Origin: a virus
Taxonomy: Duplodnaviria > Caudoviricetes
DNA length: 29,134 bases
Reading direction: 5' to 3' (one strand)
IMG/VR virus record: IMGVR_UViG_3300048576_000580
Location: 1 to 29,134 of that record
In this document: positions 17,350 through 26,664 of the stretch, piece by piece
Layout of the letters: each line of letters starts with the position of its first letter
Numbering within the stretch: position 1 is the first letter of the stretch
Position numbers and translations under genes: made by a program
Notes under the pieces: generated by a model
Databases searched by the model: none
What the model was told of the DNA's origin: nothing
What the model saw: the letters and a program-made list of their open reading frames with translations, nothing else

Positions 17350-18677
17350 ATGTTGATTTGTTTTTAAGCAAAGTTGCCGATGTACAAAGCGCTATGTTAA
17401 ATAAAATAACGCAGAACGGCACATTAATAATAAATAAAAGGATGTTGGACAGCCTTTATAAGGATGCCTGCAACCATACAGCCCGGCACTGTAAGAATGC
17501 AGCCGGCAATTATATGTTTACGGCCGACAGCTTCTTTGCAACCCTTGAAACCAATGTTAAAGCGTTAAAGAAGAACCCGGATACAAATATGCGTGCCCGG
17601 AAAGCTGGCATTGCCGCACTTGTTACAGATGTAGTTACTATTGACACGGATATTACCACTGAAATACTTGGCAGTTCCAGAGTCATACACTGTTATCCTG
17701 GTATGGACTTAAAGACTGTAATTGACGGAATAACAGACGCAAGCGCAGATAAAGTTTATACAGTTATATGTTACCCGGGATTGACGATAAGCGAAGGGCT
17801 GACAATTAATCAATACATTAAGTTAATGACTATAAACAAAGCATTTGATGGGAAGTATATAGTTGGCGCACAACCCGATGATATAGATTTCTCATATTGT
17901 GATATAAGTGGTGCTATTTTCGCGAATGAAGAACTTTACGGATTTATTGGTAATGAAGCATTTACACTGGTTAATACAAACAACGATAAATTAGGACTTT
18001 CAGATATTGGCTTGGATATGGCTGTTATAGTTAGAGATAGAGCTAAAGCATATAAACTAAGGGAAATTGGGGGAGAAGCTAATGAAAGTAGCTGGCTGGA
18101 ATATCCTGAAAACAGAGCCCGAGGAGCTAAATTTATTAAGAATAAAATTTTTTCAAATATGTTTATTGCATGCGATTTAGAGGCCTCAATATTTGAGTGT
18201 TCGTCAATCAATGCATATTTTTATGGCTGTAAATTAGGAGCAGGAAATTTCCAGAATGTGACCATGAATGGTAGTTCATTTGTCGGCTGTGTTTTATCAA
18301 ACGCTAATTTTAGTAATTCGTGCTTAGCATTCACTTCTTTTGAGTCCATAGAAGGAGCAGGTACCCAGTTCTTGGGAGCTAAAATCATGTTTGGTGGATT
18401 CCCGGAAGCAAATTTAACATCTTCAAGCTTTGATTGTTTAGATTCATACGTAGTAGCGTTTAATAGCGCAATCCTTGATAGTGCGAGTTTCCGCTATGCT
18501 ATATTAAAAGAAGCTGATTTTAGTAATGCAAGCCTTGCTGGTGCTAATTTTGTAGGCGCTAATCTAACTGGTGCAAAATTTAGCATATCAAAAGCCGAGT
18601 TCAAAGCCGCTGTCGGTGCAAATGGTTATAACCCTGTTACGACTATTTGGACTGACGGCCAGCCCATTGGAGCATAA
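17346..18677 (+). CDS. Pentapeptide-repeat protein, possible tail spike/fibre
   Basis: ADFSNASLAGANFVGANLTGAKF repeats; IDGITDASADKVYTVICYPG cap motif. Confidence 0.75.
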   Translation: MNVDLFLSKVADVQSAMLNKITQNGTLIINKRMLDSLYKDACNHTARHCKNAAGNYMFTADSFFATLETNVKALKKNPDTNMRARKAGIAALVTDVVTIDTDITTEILGSSRVIHCYPGMDLKTVIDGITDASADKVYTVICYPGLTISEGLTINQYIKLMTINKAFDGKYIVGAQPDDIDFSYCDISGAIFANEELYGFIGNEAFTLVNTNNDKLGLSDIGLDMAVIVRDRAKAYKLREIGGEANESSWLEYPENRARGAKFIKNKIFSNMFIACDLEASIFECSSINAYFYGCKLGAGNFQNVTMNGSSFVGCVLSNANFSNSCLAFTSFESIEGAGTQFLGAKIMFGGFPEANLTSSSFDCLDSYVVAFNSAILDSASFRYAILKEADFSNASLAGANFVGANLTGAKFSISKAEFKAAVGANGYNPVTTIWTDGQPIGA

Positions 18678-18680
18678 AAA

Positions 18681-19766
18681 ATGATAAGAATTGTTATTAG
18701 CGATGATACCGGCAATCCAGGCGCCCACGGGCTTGCGATAAAAAATGCAATAGTACAAACGTATGGCGCCGGCATTGAAGACCAGATTGTAATTATAAAC
18801 GGCTATAATAACGCTAAGGCGTATATTAATAACAACCCCGATGTTATCGCTTTAATAAGAAGTTATGCCGGCGTTGCAGACTTTATTAACGATGCTAAGG
18901 CTGTTTATCCAAAGGTATTGTATTTCTTGCCAATGGGCGCGAACAGTTTTACGGAGCTAAACATATTTCAGTCTGAAGAACCCCCTCTGATTGTTACATC
19001 CGGGGCCGGTGATTTGGAGCTGCAAAACCACACCGCGTATGGCAAGGGATTAGAATTTTGGGATTCAGATCTATCCGATGACCTTGGTACTGACGATATG
19101 TCCAGTTACAGCAACGGTGTTGTTTTAGGCAAACTTCTTAAAATTAAGGACTCGCTTAATTGTCCTTGGTGGGAAGCCCGTTTTAGGGCCAGAATGACAA
19201 CTGCCCGGGCAGAACCAAATAGAACAACATCGCCTTGGGATATAAAAAACGGATACGGACGGATAAATGTTCCGGCTGCCATAGCATATAAAGGTCTTAT
19301 CCCGGCTGACCCTTACAGCCCGGTAGTCACAATAGGAAATGATGAAGTGGCTTATACATTAAATCCGCCGGCTGGTTATTCCGGTACGCCTGTAACAGCT
19401 ACTGTTGCAGCAAATACCTTTTACGCCGCAAGTAAAGAACTTGCAAATTATATTGCTCTTAAAAAAGCAATTGACCAGGCCGCAGAAGAAGAAAATGATT
19501 TTGCTTATATACATATAATGGGCCTGAAAGGAAATTTCACTACTATCTACGGGCCGGCTAAAGCGGCAGTTATCAACAGGGCGGAATTTGTCAATAATAA
19601 AATTAAGTTTACTGTTGATCTGCATATTGACGAGTTTACCTTGTCAAAAAGTTGTATAGATGTAAATGTTGAAAGCATTGAAGCCGGTGCGGAAATAATA
19701 AATAATTTATATAAAGAGCTGCTAAAAACAGCATATTATTCAGATTCACAAACAATAGAGGTATAA
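18681..19766 (+). CDS. Divergent subtilisin (S8)-like protein with a DUF5977-like segment
   Basis: IVISDDTG, GAHG, MSSYSNGVVLG, GYGRINV.AA; GYSGTPVTATVAANTF...SKELAN. Confidence 0.55.
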   Translation: MIRIVISDDTGNPGAHGLAIKNAIVQTYGAGIEDQIVIINGYNNAKAYINNNPDVIALIRSYAGVADFINDAKAVYPKVLYFLPMGANSFTELNIFQSEEPPLIVTSGAGDLELQNHTAYGKGLEFWDSDLSDDLGTDDMSSYSNGVVLGKLLKIKDSLNCPWWEARFRARMTTARAEPNRTTSPWDIKNGYGRINVPAAIAYKGLIPADPYSPVVTIGNDEVAYTLNPPAGYSGTPVTATVAANTFYAASKELANYIALKKAIDQAAEEENDFAYIHIMGLKGNFTTIYGPAKAAVINRAEFVNNKIKFTVDLHIDEFTLSKSCIDVNVESIEAGAEIINNLYKELLKTAYYSDSQTIEV

Positions 19767-19767
19767 A

Positions 19768-20280
19768 ATGGGTGTTTTCAATACTCAAAATGCATTTGTC
19801 GCAATCGTAACAGATGATATGGATGCGGTCTATGCTAATCCAGCACAGCAAATAGCCCCTGACAAACTAAAGCTCATAGGCATCTGCAAAAGTGATTCCG
19901 GTTTTAAGATAACCGAAAACGAAGTTGTAACAAGTACCGATAATGAAAATACTGTTCTCAGCTACAAATCCGAAGTTGATCTTAAACTTCTTACAAAGCT
20001 TAACCCGGCTGTAAAAAACATTTTTGAAAGTCAAAAGGTCGATCTTGTCTTTCTTGATCCAAAATTTTGGAATATTAGCCAGGATGATTTGATTGACAAT
20101 ATTGACCTGACCCTTGCTCACAATAGGGTTTCGCCTTTTAGTCACGTTATCCTTGCACCTCAGAAAATCAGAATAGAAGACGAATACAAATTTGGTTCCG
20201 GGAAAGTAACAGAATTAACTCTGAAAAATACCTTGATAGCAGAAACCAAAGCAGAGTTGTTCAAAGAATTATCTGTTTAA
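19768..20280 (+). CDS. Putative tail tube-like protein
   Basis: Beta-rich 170-aa protein upstream of the tail chaperone; LIGICKSDSG.KITENE pattern. Confidence 0.5.
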   Translation: MGVFNTQNAFVAIVTDDMDAVYANPAQQIAPDKLKLIGICKSDSGFKITENEVVTSTDNENTVLSYKSEVDLKLLTKLNPAVKNIFESQKVDLVFLDPKFWNISQDDLIDNIDLTLAHNRVSPFSHVILAPQKIRIEDEYKFGSGKVTELTLKNTLIAETKAELFKELSV

Positions 20281-20313
20281 CATTTCATTTTTATTATAGC
20301 GGAGAGAAAACAA

Positions 20314-20625
20314 ATGGCAACTACAACTGAAACTATTGCTACAAAGCAGAACGCAATTGAAACTGCGTTTGCTGAATACCAGGCTTTAAAAGCAGAGTCT
20401 GAGGCAATTGATGAATTTAATGATGATTATGCTGCCAGAGCACTAAATTCATTAAAAATAACTAAAGTAACTTACACTGTAGTAGAAAATTCTACTCTAA
20501 AAACAAAACAGATAGAATTTAGTTCACTGGACAGTGCGGCTCTTATTGGATCTATAAACACAATTGCAACTACCCGCGCAGCAGATCTGGCCACAAAGGT
20601 AGCTTCACCTATTAACATAGCATAA
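20314..20625 (+). CDS. Hypothetical structural protein
   Basis: GGAG RBS; Ala/Thr-rich. Confidence 0.65.
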   Translation: MATTTETIATKQNAIETAFAEYQALKAESEAIDEFNDDYAARALNSLKITKVTYTVVENSTLKTKQIEFSSLDSAALIGSINTIATTRAADLATKVASPINIA

Positions 20626-20634
20626 GAGGTAAAG

Positions 20635-21066
20635 ATGAACCAACCAGGGCGTGTTTGCATTAGAAGGTGCCGGTGCTCAATTGCATATAAGATAAATGGT
20701 GTACCATACCAGATTGATTTTAATTCAGTTAACGAAGTTAAAATAACACTTCAGCCAATTATAACCGGCCGTGACTCATTTGGGTGTAGTATTATTGCCG
20801 GGTATGATGTTAAAGGTGAATTTAACTCATTACCTTCAGACAATGAAGCTTATCAGGAATATGTTAATATGTCTATAAGAGCCAGAGATGATATTAAAAC
20901 ATCTTTAACGATTATAGACAAGGCCGGCAACGATATTTGGTTTAGTAGTGTTAAGCCAATTACCAGCGGCGATTTAAGCGGCGATGGCAAAGAAAACAAA
21001 AGCAAAATAACCTGGGACTGCATCTTGAGTGTAGATGAAGCGGCTCCTTTATTTCCAATTCAATAA
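20635..21066 (+). CDS. Hypothetical tail protein (possible second tube-fold protein)
   Basis: Alternating beta pattern KITLQPI...IAGYDVKGEFNSL; directly upstream of the chaperone. Confidence 0.45.
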   Translation: MNQPGRVCIRRCRCSIAYKINGVPYQIDFNSVNEVKITLQPIITGRDSFGCSIIAGYDVKGEFNSLPSDNEAYQEYVNMSIRARDDIKTSLTIIDKAGNDIWFSSVKPITSGDLSGDGKENKSKITWDCILSVDEAAPLFPIQ

Positions 21067-21076
21067 AAGGTAAAAA

Positions 21077-21502
21077 ATGAAAGAATATATTATTAAAGAT
21101 AAGACGTTTGTGTTTGATGAACTTACCTGTGAGCAAATGGAGCTTGTAAGCGAAGCTCTTAAAGATACAAGAAAAAAGCTATTTGAAGAAGCTGTCGAAT
21201 GGGATATGAAGCAGGCTTCAAAAATTGTACAAAGCGTATCCGAAATGTTAAATCATATAAGGTCTGAAGGGAAGCTGGCAACACTTATCAGCTGTCTTCT
21301 TGTAGAAAAAGGTAAAGAATTCTCAAAAACTGAAGCTGACAATAATATGCCGCTTTTTAAGCAAATGCCTTATACGATGGCTGAAGATGTCTTTTGTTTT
21401 TTTTTAACGTCCGGGACTCTCTCGAAAGTGCTTATCCCCAGCTTTTTGATTCCAGCTCAGGATCCAGCGGCTTCGCCGCAATCTGTACCGACAATTACAT
21501 AA
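21077..21502 (+). CDS. Tail assembly chaperone (lambda gpG-like)
   Basis: Helical protein containing a T9 slippery run at 21397-21405. Confidence 0.65.
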   Translation: MKEYIIKDKTFVFDELTCEQMELVSEALKDTRKKLFEEAVEWDMKQASKIVQSVSEMLNHIRSEGKLATLISCLLVEKGKEFSKTEADNNMPLFKQMPYTMAEDVFCFFLTSGTLSKVLIPSFLIPAQDPAASPQSVPTIT

Positions 21503-21630
21503 GACCGATACTTTTTGAATTAAGTGACCAAAAGTTCTTTAACTTAACCACAGTGCGAAAGATGAAATATGCTGATGCGCTGTGGTTTTTGTATATAAAA
21601 TCCCAACAGGCAAAAAAAGATGACATTTAA
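21394..21630 (+). CDS. -1 frameshift extension of the tail chaperone (gpGT-like)
   Basis: Open -1 frame begins at the T TTT TTA site and ends overlapping the next start; no RBS of its own. Confidence 0.65.
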   Translation: MFFFNVRDSLESAYPQLFDSSSGSSGFAAICTDNYIRPILFELSDQKFFNLTTVRKMKYADALWFLYIKSQQAKKDDI

Positions 21631-22012
21631 TATAAGCACTAATAGTAAAGCCTTTGCCCTGCGCCCTTCCAAATGGAAAATTTACAGGCGTTATAAAACT
21701 ACCAAATACGAAGGAGTAAACGGGCAGGAGGATGTTAAAATAAAGGGTTATTTGCTGTGCTGTGATTTATCGTGGCAGGTTATAAGCAAACCCGAATATA
21801 CAAACGTCCTTTCCTTATTGACGAGTCTTCAGAAAGGTGAGGCCGCAACTCTGGTTAGTATTACTAATAATGCCGGCACAGATGAAGGCGTTATTACTTC
21901 TTCATATCAGTTTTTTGTTGACACTGAAGATATTACACTGAATGAAGGTGAGTTCTTACCCAATACTCCAATGGAATTTACAATAATATCAAAGGGCATC
22001 TTCAATGATTAA
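21620..22012 (+). CDS. Putative distal tail (Dit-like) protein
   Basis: KYEGVNG...IKGYLL..DLSWQVISKPEY..V pattern; position. Confidence 0.5.
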   Translation: MTFNISTNSKAFALRPSKWKIYRRYKTTKYEGVNGQEDVKIKGYLLCCDLSWQVISKPEYTNVLSLLTSLQKGEAATLVSITNNAGTDEGVITSSYQFFVDTEDITLNEGEFLPNTPMEFTIISKGIFND

Positions 22013-23567
22013 ATTAATCCTAAGCGTTGAAGAAATTATTTACGAAATAACGGATGTACGGCTTTTATCTGCGGATGTTGTTACAAAGAAAGTTGAAAGC
22101 GATAAAAAAGGACAGCCGGGTCTTATAGTTTATGACTCAATGCCTATTGAACTGGTAATAAAAGACGAACCTCTTTTATCCACACTAAATGAGACAAACA
22201 TTTCACGTATCGAGGGCACGGCAGCGCCAAATAAATATATTTTAGGAACTGTACAAATAAATATAAGCGGCACTTGGGCCCCTTTGTTTTCCGGGATTGT
22301 TGACTTTGAAAGCATTGAGTTCACTGACGCAGAAACTGTAATATGTGATCTTGTTGATAAAATAAGCGCATTAAAGTTGATGGAAAACAGACTGGCAAGA
22401 ACTCGTATTTCAGTTAAGAATGGGCGCAATGGCGTAATACTTCCTAATCTGCCGCCTTTGAACTATGCCGACAGTGAATACTACCAAATTACTATACAGC
22501 TTAACAGCGGGAATTTTGCGATAGTTGTAAAACGTTATGTAAGAGTTGGTGAGTTCCTTCAGTGGCAGCACGTTAACTTTGGGAGCACTCCTTTATTTAC
22601 AACAGGGCAGATTTTAGAAGTATATGACGGCGCCGATTATAGAAAACTGGCTTTCATAACACGAACTTATATGGCTGAAAATCCTGAATATCCTGGTGAA
22701 TATGACACATGGGGCCAATACGCAGGTTTATCAGATGATGTATCCGGTTCATATTATATTGACGGGAATACTGAAGCATATTTATCAACCGCGACAGCTA
22801 AAAAATTGTATTATTACAAAGACGAATTTTACGGGCCGAATCCAATTACTTATAAGGAAAATGGCGTTGTTAAGTCATTCAATGCAATATCGTTGATTAA
22901 AAACCTTATTACGAATTACTGGCCTGATATTGTCTTTCAGTCATATACAAACCTGTTTCAAATTCCCCTGGATTACTGGGTTAAGCTGATTGACGATATG
23001 CCAATGGAAAAGCACCCACTTGATGTATTAAAGTACCTTGCAAATACTATGCAGTGCTATCTGTATATTGACAGCGCAGGGGTATTTTGTATTAAAAGTA
23101 AAAGCCTTCTATATGAGTCTAATGTTCCTTCAACAAGAATACTTAGTGAAGGCGATTTACAAAAGCACTCAATAAATTATTATTGGGATAAAATAATTGA
23201 TGCTGTTACTGTAACCGTCCTTACTCCTTATGATTATAAGGGCAGCTATGAAAAAATAAAAGACGGACTTAAAATAAAGCCTACAAATGCGATTGAAGTT
23301 GAAGTCTTTACGGATGCAAGTCATATCACACAAGAAGAATGTGATGCCCTTGCTGAAGAAATAGCAAATTCATATATGAATTTCTACGGCAAAAGGCGGT
23401 CTGTCCTAAATACAACAAACAGGTTAAGTGCAATAACTATAAATTACAATTTAACAAACAACCTGATATTCCGGGGAAAGCAATATTTTATTGCATCGGC
23501 AAAGATAAATATAAAAAATGAGTTAATGGATGTTGAAGCCGTTAACATTGATGATCTTAAAAATTAA
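22005..23567 (+). CDS. Putative tail tip/hub (Tal-like) protein
   Basis: LFSGIVD...ICDLVDKISALK; LDVLKYLANTMQCYLYIDSAGVF. Confidence 0.6.
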   Translation: MIKLILSVEEIIYEITDVRLLSADVVTKKVESDKKGQPGLIVYDSMPIELVIKDEPLLSTLNETNISRIEGTAAPNKYILGTVQINISGTWAPLFSGIVDFESIEFTDAETVICDLVDKISALKLMENRLARTRISVKNGRNGVILPNLPPLNYADSEYYQITIQLNSGNFAIVVKRYVRVGEFLQWQHVNFGSTPLFTTGQILEVYDGADYRKLAFITRTYMAENPEYPGEYDTWGQYAGLSDDVSGSYYIDGNTEAYLSTATAKKLYYYKDEFYGPNPITYKENGVVKSFNAISLIKNLITNYWPDIVFQSYTNLFQIPLDYWVKLIDDMPMEKHPLDVLKYLANTMQCYLYIDSAGVFCIKSKSLLYESNVPSTRILSEGDLQKHSINYYWDKIIDAVTVTVLTPYDYKGSYEKIKDGLKIKPTNAIEVEVFTDASHITQEECDALAEEIANSYMNFYGKRRSVLNTTNRLSAITINYNLTNNLIFRGKQYFIASAKINIKNELMDVEAVNIDDLKN

Positions 23568-23578
23568 ATAATAATATT

Positions 23579-26563
23579 ATGGAACCTATAATACTACCAA
23601 TCCAAATTGATAATACTTCAGGGCTTGCATCCTTAAAACTTACTAATGCGGGCATAGCAGAGATTATCGCAGCTGTCAATCAATTAAAAACAACTACTCA
23701 AAACCTTCCGGGTACGTTGCCGATTAATGATGCAGTACAGAAACTGTCAGCTGAATTATTGTCGCTTGATAATGCTACTTCCACAGCTACAAGTTCCGTT
23801 ATGGAGTTTATCAGCACAAATAACCTGTCTGAAAAACAGATAAATGAAGTAGTGAACGCTCTTAGCCGGCAAAAGTCAACTCTGGCGATAAGCGGCGCGG
23901 AATATAAGCAGGTAAGTTCTGCAATCGGCAATATGAATTCCGCCGTTAAAATGATGGGTATGCAGCAAAACCAGGCAGCAGCCGGCAGCGGCAGCCTGAA
24001 TATGGCCATGACACAGTTAGGTTACGGAATCGGCGATGCTTCGATGTTTGCTGTTGACTTCAGAATGGGATTATTAAGTATCGGTAATAATATTCCTGTT
24101 GTTATTAACGGTTTAATGCAGGCCTCGAGCACTGCGAAGGCGCTTGGTCAGGACTTCAAAACGCAGCTCGTAGGCTCAATTATGGGGCCTTCAGGCGTTT
24201 TGATTGCTATAAATTTACTCTTGGCTGTAGTTCAATATTTTTCTATGCGGAAAGTAAACAGTGAAATTGATACTACTGCTGAGAAAGCCCGGCAGGCCGC
24301 AAAGGATATTCGTGATTTGCAGGCGGCCATAAATATATTTGATTTCAAAGATGTAAATACGGCAAAAGATTCACTCGCTGACTATATGTCTAAAAGCTCT
24401 GAAGAAATTGATAAGCAGAAGGAGAAGGTCGCAGAACTTAAGGGTTGGTTAGATATGAATGCTTATAAAGTTGGGGCCAATGGGTTCCCCAATGATAATA
24501 GGACAAGTATAAATTATAAGAAAAAGCAGCAAGAGTATCAAGACGAAGTAAAACACTTAAATGACCTACAAACGGCACAGTTTAATTATAAAACCACGGC
24601 AGAAAAATCTATTGGCGTAGTTGAGACGCTCACTAAAAAATACAACGCCCAAAATATTACATTAGCGCAGGCCAAGTCTATTGTAAAAGACCTAATACCT
24701 GGCGAAGCTGAAGCATTCAAACAGTATCTTACTTATCAGCAAAAAATGCTTCCTGTCGGTAGTGCCGGATACAAAAAATATGAAAAGTCTATAAAAAATA
24801 TGGACGAGGCCTTGTCTCCTTCAGATAAAAAGAAAAAAGATCCGTCTGAAGAAGAAGCCATTGCAAAGAGTATGGGCTTTAAAGATTATGATAAAATTAT
24901 TAAGGCCGGTACCGAAAGCGAAACACAATATTCTAATATTGTCAAGCTGCTTGAAAGTAAAGTAAAAGACCGGGAAAAAATAAAAAAAGTTATTGATGAC
25001 CTTAAAAGCAAACTGGAAGGTGATCTGTCCAATACCAAAATTAGCCAGGACGAAAAAAACACTAAACTTAATATCTTTACTTCGCTTCAGAATCTTGATT
25101 TGCAGTATTCCGGCGGCGAATATTTAACCCGGTTAAAAGCCCAAATATCCAACAATGAAGAGCAGCTAAAATATGCCACGACACTTGAAGCTTCAGTAAA
25201 AATACAAAAGGAAATTAACGGCCTAAAAAAACAACTGGAAAGCGCTGAAAAGGAGATTGAAGAAAAGGCTGACCAAGATGTTAAAGTCTTAAAAGACCTT
25301 GATTATCAAACTAAGATGATGAAGGCCAAAGGCAGCAGTGATTTAGATATTTTGCTCTACAAAAAGAAGGTCTATACAACACAGCTTCAGGACACGAAAA
25401 ATCAGGCTGAATTGTTGAAAAACCTTGATGTAGATATAGTGAAAGAAACGCGTGAGAAAAACGAAAAAACAAAAGAAAATTCGGCAAAGATAAACGAAAA
25501 TCAGATAGAACTGGACAAGCAGCTTGTTCTGTCAAAAGAAAACAGTAAAGCCAAAAAACTTGCTGCGGAAAGAGATTATTATGTTAAGCTGAAAGAAGAG
25601 CTTGAAAGGCAGATTTCCTTAATTACCGGTAATTCTGAAAAAGAAGTATTAAACAAACAAGAGCTTCAGAAAAGGCTTAATGATGTTAATAAAGAAATTA
25701 CTGAGGACAATAAACAGATTGCGCGCCAATGGACAACGGATCTTTCAGATATGGCCGAGTATATGGATAAGACCTTTAACCAAATGGCGGGTAATCTTAG
25801 CAAAGCCGCCGGCTCCTTCTACAAAATAGCCCAGGACAAGGCCAAAAAAGAATTGTCAGTTGAAAAAGAGAAAAGGAAAAAGCAGCTTGACACTGAAGAA
25901 GACGAAAGGCTCTCCAGGGCATTTACTGAAGAACAAAAGGACAGAATAAAAAAAGAATATGCCACAAAGCAAGAAAACTTAGATAATGAAATTCAGGAAA
26001 AGCAAAAACAGGCGGGTATAGGTGAATTTAAGTTCAAGCAGGCAATGGATGTAGGACAGGCCATAATGAATACGGCCACAGGTGTAACGAACGCGCTAAA
26101 AGTTGAACCGCCCTGGGTAGGAATTGCCTTGGCCGGCACTGTAGGCTTGATGGGTGCAGGTGAGGTGGCCGCAATAAAAGCGCAGGAAGTGCAGGGGTAT
26201 TTCGGCGGTGGAAAAATCCCCGGGGATCAACAGATTATTAAGGTGAATGAACTCGGAGAAGAGTTCATTGTTAATGCCGAGAGTACCAAAAAATATTTAC
26301 CGATATTAGAGGCCATAAATACCAACAGATTTAAGACCGAATTATACACGGAAAGATCACTTTCCTATAACTATAAAAATACTGATATTAGTAATAATAA
26401 TTTGCTGATAAAAGAGATAGTTTTATTGCGCCAGGAAGTAAGAAAAAGCGGCGCAAAGAATGCCGAAATAATGAAGCAGGATAAGAACGTATTTATTGGC
26501 AAAACTGCTACTAAAGCAATAGTTGCAGGTGGCGATTATGAACTAAAAAGGGAGTTTCTATAA
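23579..26563 (+). CDS. Tail tape measure protein
   Basis: 994 aa, long coiled coil, hydrophobic segments, C-terminal GYFGGG...GEEFIVNAEST..YLPILEAIN. Confidence 0.88.
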   Translation: MEPIILPIQIDNTSGLASLKLTNAGIAEIIAAVNQLKTTTQNLPGTLPINDAVQKLSAELLSLDNATSTATSSVMEFISTNNLSEKQINEVVNALSRQKSTLAISGAEYKQVSSAIGNMNSAVKMMGMQQNQAAAGSGSLNMAMTQLGYGIGDASMFAVDFRMGLLSIGNNIPVVINGLMQASSTAKALGQDFKTQLVGSIMGPSGVLIAINLLLAVVQYFSMRKVNSEIDTTAEKARQAAKDIRDLQAAINIFDFKDVNTAKDSLADYMSKSSEEIDKQKEKVAELKGWLDMNAYKVGANGFPNDNRTSINYKKKQQEYQDEVKHLNDLQTAQFNYKTTAEKSIGVVETLTKKYNAQNITLAQAKSIVKDLIPGEAEAFKQYLTYQQKMLPVGSAGYKKYEKSIKNMDEALSPSDKKKKDPSEEEAIAKSMGFKDYDKIIKAGTESETQYSNIVKLLESKVKDREKIKKVIDDLKSKLEGDLSNTKISQDEKNTKLNIFTSLQNLDLQYSGGEYLTRLKAQISNNEEQLKYATTLEASVKIQKEINGLKKQLESAEKEIEEKADQDVKVLKDLDYQTKMMKAKGSSDLDILLYKKKVYTTQLQDTKNQAELLKNLDVDIVKETREKNEKTKENSAKINENQIELDKQLVLSKENSKAKKLAAERDYYVKLKEELERQISLITGNSEKEVLNKQELQKRLNDVNKEITEDNKQIARQWTTDLSDMAEYMDKTFNQMAGNLSKAAGSFYKIAQDKAKKELSVEKEKRKKQLDTEEDERLSRAFTEEQKDRIKKEYATKQENLDNEIQEKQKQAGIGEFKFKQAMDVGQAIMNTATGVTNALKVEPPWVGIALAGTVGLMGAGEVAAIKAQEVQGYFGGGKIPGDQQIIKVNELGEEFIVNAESTKKYLPILEAINTNRFKTELYTERSLSYNYKNTDISNNNLLIKEIVLLRQEVRKSGAKNAEIMKQDKNVFIGKTATKAIVAGGDYELKREFL

Positions 26564-26573
26564 CTCCCATTTT
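26550..26573 (+). terminator. Intrinsic terminator overlapping the TMP stop
   Basis: GGGAGTT-tctat-AACTCCC followed by ATTTT. Confidence 0.6.
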
Positions 26574-26619
26574 CTCAAATAGCGTGAAAAAAAATTCTCA
26601 AATAGCGTGACGAGTTACT
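26570..26619 (+). repeat. Prophage right end with two tandem putative transposase-binding sites
   Basis: TTCTCAAATAGCGTGA at 26572-26587 and 26595-26610 (23-bp period), then CGAGTTACT. Confidence 0.8.
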
Positions 26620-26664
26620 TTATACTTTCTCATTATTCCGCAAATACTCATAATTTCCATTACT

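Larger units (their letters stand above)
1..26619. mobile_element. Mu-like transposable prophage (probably non-contractile tail); left end outside window
   Basis: DDE transposase, Gam, GemA, DUF935 portal, gpF/gpG/gp36/gp37-like genes, capsid, lysis and TMP genes; tandem end repeats at 26570-26610; host-type genes follow. Confidence 0.92.

Noticed and set aside
17346-19766. Diversity-generating retroelement or invertible tail-fibre cassette
   Set aside because: No reverse transcriptase, TR/VR pair, invertase or flanking inverted sites seen
47-25535. Many short antisense or alternative-frame ORFs (e.g. 47-367, 2028-2533, 8108-8509, 13810-14973, 23698-24009)
   Set aside because: Shadows of well-supported genes, with no RBS or recognisable motif
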